From contig OZ223209.1 in the NCBI GenBank assembly GCA_965140415.1, positions 4,960,001-5,024,000 on the forward strand: DNA of 64,000 bases. Direction: 5' to 3'. This stretch comes from Myxococcota bacterium. Lineage in GTDB: Bacteria > Myxococcota_A > SURF-8. Of this stretch, positions 56,730 to 64,000 are shown one piece after another. Both the position numbers and the translations under genes were made by a program. The notes under the pieces were generated by a model. That model did no database searches and was not told the origin of the DNA. It saw nothing but the letters and a program-made list of their open reading frames with translations. How positions within the stretch are numbered: position 1 is the stretch's first letter; every line of letters begins with the position of its first letter.

Positions 56730-59228
56730 CTAGTTTCCATGTCCGTCGGGGACGACCATGGTTCCCTGTTCGAAAATGGTGGCATCGCCGAAGCCCCAAC
56801 GGATGTTGGCGACATACCAGCGTTTATGTTCTTCGGTAAATAAAACTTCTTCTTGATAGCGCAGTTCTCCCAACACATAAATACGTACTTTGGCCGTTGT
56901 CGGTCCGGCGTCGAAGGCATCCCAGAAATGCACGTATAACTCGTAATCGCCTTCGCAGGGATCGTTTAAGTTGATGTTCTCCGGACCATAGCCGTTCTGA
57001 TCGTCGATATCCAGCGAAGGATGCCCGCAACTGCTCCAATCCACCGGGTTTCCGCTCGGCTCGTATTCCTGCTTGCAGGTGCTGAAGAAACAATCGTCAT
57101 AACTGACGGGATAATCGCTGCCGCCATGCGCCAGCCCATCCCACAATGCTCCTCCCGGTCGCACCAGATGCAGATCCATATCCGAATTCGGCGTATCCCA
57201 GATCAGTTGAATGTGAATCGTCTCCCCCGGAACGGCGGTATAGGTCACCGTAGCCGGTTCGCAGCTTTCCATGCCCTGATTGTCCCAAACCCGCAGTTGC
57301 AACGTATAAGTGCCTGCTATATCGAAAAAGAAATTCGGCTGGGCGATATTCATCGGAATCGGAATCGAGCGACTATCCGATGGCTTGTCGATCACCGTCC
57401 ACAAATACTGCTCGACTGTCCCATCCGGGTCCGATGAGCCGGTGCCATCCAGTTGAACACGCGCCAAGGGCTCCACTTCCTGGTCTTCGCCCGCATCGGC
57501 AATGGGACACTGGTTGGTGCTGACGCCATCGCCGCTTAACGGAATCGAGAGCACTGCGTCTTCCGGGTCGGGATCGTTGCTGTAAATCACCAGCGTACCG
57601 GTATCGGGCAGGGTATCGTCTGGAGCATAACCGATTTTGTAGAAGAACTGACCACCAGGCGCGAGTTGATCGGGAGGAATGGTGCCTTTGTAGAACACGG
57701 TGCCTTCCGTGATCAGTTCGAAGCGATGTAGAATCAACAAGCCGCCGGTGCTGACATTCTTGATCGTCAAGGTCTTCAGGATCGATGCGCCTTCGCTTAG
57801 TGCATCGAAGTGCAGCGAATCGGGGGTCACTTCGATCTGCGCCGGGACCGGCTCGGCGATGAAGGGAATCACCACGTGCTCTTCGTCGCGGTCGTTGGTA
57901 TCCAGCACGATACTGCCGACATCCGCCGCCTCCGATCCATCCGGCGCATAGCGCACTTCGATTTCCGTCGTCTCGTTTTGCTGCAATACCAGACCGTCAT
58001 CCGGGCGCGTCTCCACGCTGAAATCTTCCGTGGTGGCCGAACCCAGCGCAATAGTCGTCAACTCCAACGGATAACAACCGCTGTTTTCAATGGTGACGCT
58101 GCGCGTTTCCGACTCGCCCAGATGCACACCGGTGAAATCGTATTCTTCCGGATCGATCTCCAACTCCGGTTCACAGATGGTTACCGTAATCGGCACGAAA
58201 TATTGCGGTTCCTCCAGATCGTCGCTGTGCACTTCCAAGGTTCCACTTAAACTCTCCTGCTCCTCCGGGGTCAACACGAGTTGAATCGTGTATTGCTCGT
58301 GCGCTTCGACAATGATGGGAGCCAGCGGAGAAAGATCCAGCGGCACTCCGGCCAGACTCAATTCGGGATCGGAGTCGCCGGTCAGTTGAACCGCAGTGAT
58401 GCTCAATGGCGCACCGCCGTCGTTTTCCAACTGCACGTCGAAGCTGGCCGTTTCCAGTCGCTGTAATCCCAGATCGATCGGATTGGGTTCTACGCCGATC
58501 TGAGCACGTTCCTTGATGGCGGTGAAAATCTGCACGCGCACATTCGGTGTGGCGGGGTCGTTACTTGAAACGATGAGATAATTGTGATCGGAAACTTCAT
58601 CGATCGGATTGTAATTGACGGTAACCGTCGCATCTTTGGTCGGTTCGATCGAAATCGGCAGAGTATCGTGTTCGAGGCTGAACTCAGCGGAATTGACATA
58701 CAGGAACAGATCACGCACTTCCAGGGTTTGCCCGCCGATATTCATCAGCAGCAGCTCTCGCGCGTTTTCGCTGCCGACAGGTACCGCGCCAAAATCGATG
58801 GCAACCGGATCGACCTGAATCCAGGGATTCTGGGCGCTGTGCTCAATATCGGTTTCATAAATCAGATCGTACTCCAGATCGGTTTCCAGATTCGACCAGG
58901 GATCATCGCCTTCGGTGTCCAGATCGCCGTCGGTCGGGAAAACGGGGTCGTCGCCGTCTGCATCCAGATCGCCGTCGATTGGAATGCTGGACTGGATGCA
59001 CAGTCCCGTTTCCTGCTCGCAGATCTGTCCGCTGGGACAATCGGTATTTTCGATGCAGTCGGGAATGCAGTTGCCCAGGCTGTCGCAACTCTGCTCGCCG
59101 GGACAATCGCAAACGGTGCCTTGATCTCCGTCCGTGGTATCTTCCGAGGAACTGGAACATCCCGCCATCAAAGCGAACAGCATCAATAGAACTAAGAACC
59201 GTACAGACAATGTATCGGTGGCACGCAT
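56730..59228 (-). CDS. Surface lipoprotein: Cys-rich N-terminus, DGD linker, four Ig-like (choice-of-anchor D-like) repeats, PKD-like domain, C-terminal YfaP-like domain
   Basis: Lipobox MAGC; repeated V-x-P-x-x-IDFG...N-x-G...SNDP; PIADAGEDQ...LDGTGSSDPDG; LIWD...DMDLHL...LDIDDQNGYGPENI. Confidence 0.82.
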   Translation of the reverse strand: MRATDTLSVRFLVLLMLFALMAGCSSSSEDTTDGDQGTVCDCPGEQSCDSLGNCIPDCIENTDCPSGQICEQETGLCIQSSIPIDGDLDADGDDPVFPTDGDLDTEGDDPWSNLETDLEYDLIYETDIEHSAQNPWIQVDPVAIDFGAVPVGSENARELLLMNIGGQTLEVRDLFLYVNSAEFSLEHDTLPISIEPTKDATVTVNYNPIDEVSDHNYLIVSSNDPATPNVRVQIFTAIKERAQIGVEPNPIDLGLQRLETASFDVQLENDGGAPLSITAVQLTGDSDPELSLAGVPLDLSPLAPIIVEAHEQYTIQLVLTPEEQESLSGTLEVHSDDLEEPQYFVPITVTICEPELEIDPEEYDFTGVHLGESETRSVTIENSGCYPLELTTIALGSATTEDFSVETRPDDGLVLQQNETTEIEVRYAPDGSEAADVGSIVLDTNDRDEEHVVIPFIAEPVPAQIEVTPDSLHFDALSEGASILKTLTIKNVSTGGLLILHRFELITEGTVFYKGTIPPDQLAPGGQFFYKIGYAPDDTLPDTGTLVIYSNDPDPEDAVLSIPLSGDGVSTNQCPIADAGEDQEVEPLARVQLDGTGSSDPDGTVEQYLWTVIDKPSDSRSIPIPMNIAQPNFFFDIAGTYTLQLRVWDNQGMESCEPATVTYTAVPGETIHIQLIWDTPNSDMDLHLVRPGGALWDGLAHGGSDYPVSYDDCFFSTCKQEYEPSGNPVDWSSCGHPSLDIDDQNGYGPENINLNDPCEGDYELYVHFWDAFDAGPTTAKVRIYVLGELRYQEEVLFTEEHKRWYVANIRWGFGDATIFEQGTMVVPDGHGN

Positions 59229-59499
59229 ACAACGCCTCCTGGAAATGGAACCCGCCTATCGGGCGGTCAGTCATCGATTGGTGTGGCGAATCCGTTCCCT
59301 ATGGAACGTTCTATAAGTATAAAGGCGGCTGCCTGCTGCGGCAAGCGAAAAGGAAAGGTTTGAAAAATGGAGATGGGAGTTCGTACTTTCAACATCCACC
59401 TCCTTTCACTATACGACTTTCAAGAGATTCTGCTGGCATTTCAGCGCATCTGCCCCTAAAATGTCGATAGACTTGAATTGCTACGGACTGGAGGACAGC

Positions 59500-60033
59500 A
59501 TGGTGCGCCGTTTGATTTCGGCAACAATACTGATTTTGTGGCTCTGCACGAACGCCATCGCCGCCGAACCGGCTCCCGTCTCATCATCCACAACGGAAAA
59601 GAAAACGGACGACGACGGCTACAAGCGCGTGTATCAATCGCAGGAAGAAATTCCGAACTGGGTCGAACATCCCGTGGCAGACGATGAAAAATGGGTTTAC
59701 GGTGTCGGCAAAGGCAATAATTTAAAGGGCGTTTTCGAAGCGCAATATCTGGCGGTGCAGGAAGCCGTCGCCCAGTTGATGGACAAGCATCTCGGCAAAG
59801 ACACCAAACGGGAAATCAACATCGACTGGCTCAGGCAAGGCCGCAAAATGACTATGATTATCCTGGTACGCATTCCATTGCAAAGAGGTGCGCTGGAAAT
59901 CGAAGACGTTCACCTGGTGGGTAGCTATACTGAAACCTGGGAACAGGCGGGACAGCGGGTTTTCGTGGCCTGGGCCAAGGTAAGCTGGTCGCGCCGCACA
60001 CTTAAGCGCGCCTTGCAGGAATTGTCGATTTAA
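59500..60033 (+). CDS. Secreted hypothetical protein (LPP20-like)
   Basis: SD GGAGG, signal peptide, PNWV...YGVG pattern. Confidence 0.65.
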   Translation: MVRRLISATILILWLCTNAIAAEPAPVSSSTTEKKTDDDGYKRVYQSQEEIPNWVEHPVADDEKWVYGVGKGNNLKGVFEAQYLAVQEAVAQLMDKHLGKDTKREINIDWLRQGRKMTMIILVRIPLQRGALEIEDVHLVGSYTETWEQAGQRVFVAWAKVSWSRRTLKRALQELSI

Positions 60034-60046
60034 CCGCGATTGACGT

Positions 60047-61738
60047 TCACCGGCTGCCGGATCGGTCCAGTCGCCTGTCTGTTACATGCCAGTAACTCAC
60101 ACTTTGCACCCACTGCGGCCAGCCTTGCTCGTCGCGGTAGAGAATCTGCCTGATCACCGGCGACTCCAATTCGTACAAATAAGAGATCATCCGGCACGAG
60201 CCAGGCGTCGGTAGTTTTTCCGGCTTTTCTTCGTCGCAGCGCGGTTCGCGATACCAATACCGCTCACCGAATTCTTCCGGGTCGGCAATCAAACTGTCCA
60301 TTGGGCGCAGGCATAAGGAAGCACCCACCGGTGCCAGCACGGGAGAAAACGCGCTTTCCGATTCCGGTCTGGCGGGATCTGCATACAAACGGATGCGCTC
60401 ACCTTGGTTTAATTGCAGCGCCTCGCGTTGAGCGGAGAGTATTTGATGAAAAACGGTTGGAGGCGCAAAGCCATCCGCCATCAAGGAAGGCAGCAGCACA
60501 AGCGCCACGAATCCGAGGGTGAGCCGTTCTTTTCCATCGCTGATCATTCGAGACAAGTTCGTTGCGCCAAGCGCCACTAAGGGAGCCGAAAGCAACCAAG
60601 CCAATACCCAGCCTGTCGCCGGATCGCCGTTCCAGTCGCCACTGTCCGGCCACAGAAACGGCATCATCCCACCCAATACCGCACTTAATACAAGCAGCGG
60701 TTTATGCAGTGTTACGGCAAAGGTTGCCCCGGCAAGCCATAGCGCCACCGCAAACAACGAGGCACCCTGTCCGTGTACCGAAACACCCCATCCCACGGGC
60801 ATAGGCCATACGTCCCCGGACTGCCAACGTAGCCAGAAACCGACAGCCAATCCAAGCAGGAGCAGGCTTGCCGTCTGCCACCAGCGTTTCGGAGTGTGAC
60901 CGGAACGAATCAGGATAACTACATAACAAGCCAGCCACACAACACTTGCCAGGGAGGCATTGGGAAGAAACGCCAAACCAAACGCGGTTAGCGGAGCCAG
61001 TAAAACCAACGCGATGATGCTGCCGGTTTCAAGTGTCAGCGTCATAGCCAGAAGCAGTGTCAGTTGCAGTGCGACCAGCCGCATGAAGGAAGTATCGGAA
61101 GCGAAATGCAGTAATAGCGGAGCAGAACACGCCGCCAGTAGCGCTGCCCAGCGCGCGATACGGACCTCACCACTCCACGTTCGTGCAAGAGCATAGACCA
61201 GCGCAATACAGAGCAATGAATACAACCTGCTCACATGGGCCAGCACTTCAAAGGGGTCCGTAACCGGCCACAGCAGCGAAAGCAAGTACGACAAGCCACC
61301 CTGTCCCAGTTGCCACAACAACGGCTGTTGCGCATTCGGAATCAGCGACTCGCGCAGCAGCCAGGCTGAAGACGGCAGCGTGGAAACGGCGTCCTCGCGG
61401 CCCAGCGCCCAGCCGAGAATTCCCAGTATCGCCAGCCAGAGCAGCGTAACACCCTTCCCATAGAATGTGCTGCTTTCCGAATCCTGCGCCTTTTTCAAGC
61501 AAGCCGCAGCGATCAGCAAACCGGCAACAAGCGGCAACGTCGCCCACAACCAGAAAGAAAGCTTGCTCCATAGCGGAATCTTGGAAAACGCCGGTCTGAG
61601 CCACTGGCAGTTAGAGAGCCACTCGACCGGAATATCCGCCGCAAACAGATTTTGTTGAAAAGCCAAAAGATAGAAAGCGAGCGCCAGCGAAATCGGGCTC
61701 ACTTTCCAGAACAACGATTGGGAAGGAAGGGTCTTCAT
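60047..61738 (-). CDS. Polytopic membrane protein, possibly GT-C glycosyltransferase-like
   Basis: Ten or more hydrophobic segments and a C-terminal soluble domain; downstream of gspD on the same strand. Confidence 0.6.
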   Translation of the reverse strand: MKTLPSQSLFWKVSPISLALAFYLLAFQQNLFAADIPVEWLSNCQWLRPAFSKIPLWSKLSFWLWATLPLVAGLLIAAACLKKAQDSESSTFYGKGVTLLWLAILGILGWALGREDAVSTLPSSAWLLRESLIPNAQQPLLWQLGQGGLSYLLSLLWPVTDPFEVLAHVSRLYSLLCIALVYALARTWSGEVRIARWAALLAACSAPLLLHFASDTSFMRLVALQLTLLLAMTLTLETGSIIALVLLAPLTAFGLAFLPNASLASVVWLACYVVILIRSGHTPKRWWQTASLLLLGLAVGFWLRWQSGDVWPMPVGWGVSVHGQGASLFAVALWLAGATFAVTLHKPLLVLSAVLGGMMPFLWPDSGDWNGDPATGWVLAWLLSAPLVALGATNLSRMISDGKERLTLGFVALVLLPSLMADGFAPPTVFHQILSAQREALQLNQGERIRLYADPARPESESAFSPVLAPVGASLCLRPMDSLIADPEEFGERYWYREPRCDEEKPEKLPTPGSCRMISYLYELESPVIRQILYRDEQGWPQWVQSVSYWHVTDRRLDRSGSR

Positions 61739-61816
61739 GTCATTCGACCCCGAAAGCAGGGTCGAAGAGGCGATAAAACATGTAACCAGTTGGTATCATA
61801 GATGATTCCGACAGGG

Positions 61817-63943
61817 TTATTCGCCCATGATGATATGATAGCCTTTTCCGTAGTCGCCATCCTTCGGATCGATCTCCAACGGCTCCTCTTCGTCGTTCTC
61901 CTGCTCGTTCGCCGGTTCGTTAGGGGTGATAATGAGATATTTTTCTTCGCCGCTCTGTTTGGCCAGTTCTTTTTGTTCTTCCAGCAATTGCCGTACACCT
62001 TCTACGATACCCACGCGGTCGTGGAAATCCTGCGGAACGTCGTAGTCCATGAACTCGTCGCCGTACAAATCTCGAATATATTCACTGCGTTCCTTGAGTT
62101 TGTCGCGGAAGATTTTTTTAATCTCCTCCGGCGTTTCGATGATGTGCGGCGTGATGACGACCATCAGGTTGGTCTTTTCGGAACGGCCACTGTCGGTACG
62201 GAACAAGCGCCCGATAATGGGCAAATCCCCGAAGAACGGAACCTTTTCAACATCCTTGGCATCCAGATCACGCATCAAACCGCCGATTGCCACCCTTGAA
62301 CCGGTCAACGCGGTGGCGGTGGTCTTCACCGCACGCTTGGATGTGGTGGGGCCGAGCACTTCGCTTACAGCCTGTAAATCTTCGATGGTGATTTCAATCT
62401 TCAACTTGACGCGCCGGTTTTCGTTGATTTCCGGCTTGATTTTGACCGTCAGCGCCACATCCTGCCGTTGAATCGAGAGCACCGGCTGGTTGTAATTGTC
62501 CATCGACGATCCCGTGATGAAGGGAACGTTACTACCGACAATGACTTCCGCTTCTTCGTTGTCCACGCCCATCAAGTAGGGATTGGCAACCACGTTGACA
62601 TTACTGGTGCTCTGCAACATCTTGATCAGCACACCGAAAGAAGGAAATGTAAAGCCCAGACCGAACGCATCGCCCGCCCCGTCCACAGCAGGCCCCTGCG
62701 CTCCAAAAGCCAGGCCCATCAACGAAGTGGCACTGATCGAGACGGCATTTAACGAGCCGTAGCTGGTCGAACCGATAACGTAGGTATCATCGGCGGATTT
62801 CAGCTTTTTCCCCGCCGCAAGCGCCAGACCGATCTGCTCCGAATCGTTGACCGTAACTTCCAGAATAACGGCCTCCAAGAACACCTGACGCGGGAAGCGA
62901 TCCAACTTCTTGATCACACTTTGTAATTCCCTGATGCCACGCGGTGGTCCCACCAGAATCAGGGCGTTGTTCTGTTTGTCGGCGGTAACTTTAACTTCCA
63001 AGTCTTCGTTGAATTCATGCCGACGGCTTTTTTTCGTACTGCCTTTTTTCGAAACGATGTTCTGTAGCGTTGTACTCAGTTCCTCTGCTTTGGCGAACTG
63101 CAAAAAGCTGACCTTCATTTCAATCGAGCGGTCGATGGTCACATCCAGTTTGGGAACGAACGCCATCACGCGCTGACAGGCTTCCTCGTCCCCAACCACA
63201 TACAGCGAATTCGTGCGGTCGTCGGTCACGATCTGGTCCAGGCCGACGGCGGCGTCCTTGCCCTTTCCACCTTTTAAAAAGAGTTCTTCAAGGATTTTAG
63301 CGACATCGGCGATGTCTGAATGCTGCGCCTTCCAATAATAAACGCGGGTGGTATCGTCGCCGACATCCAGCTTTTTTAAAATTTCGAGCATACGGGGCAA
63401 GCGATGCTGTAATTCGATGAACAGCAGAAAGTCGTTGAACGCATAGATTTTTCCATTACCCGAACGAAGTTCGTTCATCAAGCTCATGGCATCGCTGGAT
63501 TCCAAGTGCTTCAGATGATAGAGCAGCGTCACCTGCGGGCTGCTGCTGTCGAGTTCGGGAAGACTCTGGATGTAAAGCGCGCTGGGAAAGTCGTTGAAGT
63601 TTTTTTCCATGCGCGCTTTCCGGTACGGACCCACGGTTTCATAGGTCACGCCGATGCTGTCCAGCATCCACAACAGGCTGTCCCAGATTTCCGTACGCCC
63701 CAGGCCATCCGGCGCGATGACGTACATCTTGGCGCGTTCCTTGATTTTTTCGGGCATCAGAACATTGACCTTGGTGAATTCCGCCACCGTGCTCATGAAC
63801 TGATCGAATTCAATCACTTCCTCGCCGAAATACAGGCGGTCGTTCTCGACTTTCACCTGGGCAGAAGCCAAAGAAGGCACAAGCAGCAATACTGCAAAAA
63901 AGGTCAAGAATAGCGCGACTTTATTCAGGATGCATCGTTTCAT
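61817..63943 (-). CDS. gspD: Type II secretion system secretin GspD
   Basis: Signal peptide; N domains (DDRTNSL, ADKQNNAL); LDRFPRQVFLEAVILEV; VGSNVPF; RQDVALTVKIKPEIN; KVPFFGDLPIIGRLFR; KTNLMVVITPHII. Likely start ATG 63943. Confidence 0.9.
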   Translation of the reverse strand: MKRCILNKVALFLTFFAVLLLVPSLASAQVKVENDRLYFGEEVIEFDQFMSTVAEFTKVNVLMPEKIKERAKMYVIAPDGLGRTEIWDSLLWMLDSIGVTYETVGPYRKARMEKNFNDFPSALYIQSLPELDSSSPQVTLLYHLKHLESSDAMSLMNELRSGNGKIYAFNDFLLFIELQHRLPRMLEILKKLDVGDDTTRVYYWKAQHSDIADVAKILEELFLKGGKGKDAAVGLDQIVTDDRTNSLYVVGDEEACQRVMAFVPKLDVTIDRSIEMKVSFLQFAKAEELSTTLQNIVSKKGSTKKSRRHEFNEDLEVKVTADKQNNALILVGPPRGIRELQSVIKKLDRFPRQVFLEAVILEVTVNDSEQIGLALAAGKKLKSADDTYVIGSTSYGSLNAVSISATSLMGLAFGAQGPAVDGAGDAFGLGFTFPSFGVLIKMLQSTSNVNVVANPYLMGVDNEEAEVIVGSNVPFITGSSMDNYNQPVLSIQRQDVALTVKIKPEINENRRVKLKIEITIEDLQAVSEVLGPTTSKRAVKTTATALTGSRVAIGGLMRDLDAKDVEKVPFFGDLPIIGRLFRTDSGRSEKTNLMVVITPHIIETPEEIKKIFRDKLKERSEYIRDLYGDEFMDYDVPQDFHDRVGIVEGVRQLLEEQKELAKQSGEEKYLIITPNEPANEQENDEEEPLEIDPKDGDYGKGYHIIMGE

Positions 63944-64000
63944 TATTTTCACCGTCGTTCGGCCAACCTTCTTACTCTTTATAAGGCGCACAGCATAGCG

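Noticed and set aside
1-64000. tRNA (including tRNA-Sec), rRNA, known riboswitches, transposases, prophage or defence genes
   Set aside because: None recognised by eye; a preQ1 riboswitch before queD was not evident. An Infernal/tRNAscan run would be needed to exclude them.

Overview
Bacterial chromosomal window with a gene repertoire resembling anaerobic or facultative Myxococcota/Desulfobacterota (inferred from content only). About 40 CDSs are supported. Housekeeping and metabolic genes: resB-like, rnhA, ettA, queD, pruA, asnB-like, nth, an Rrf2-iscS-iscU operon, 2-oxoacid oxidoreductase alpha/beta, galK with a UDP-sugar pyrophosphorylase, and gspD. Energy and redox modules: a double-cubane reductase with its activase, a GMC/Tat/multiheme dehydrogenase, and a tetraheme cytochrome. 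Surface proteins include a thioester alpha-2-macroglobulin and a ~2500-aa lipoprotein built on DGD-x-x repeats. I saw no rRNA, tRNA, CRISPR array or transposase, but several REP-like palindromic repeats are present. Top candidate for an undescribed system: a selenium-sensing translational attenuator at 33292-33529, made of a leader ORF with an in-frame UGA, a SECIS-like hairpin, and competing anti-sequestrator and SD-sequestrator helices ahead of the double-cubane reductase operon. A probable DUF1573 selenolipoprotein (S-U-G-C-T) at 2879-4102 independently suggests Sec decoding in this genome. Other oddities are an IscS lacking its PLP lysine behind a Cys-free Rrf2, a pseudopilin-like domain inside the A2M, a degenerate metallopeptidase, and nested REP elements. 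All family assignments come from motif recognition by eye; no searches or folding programs were run.
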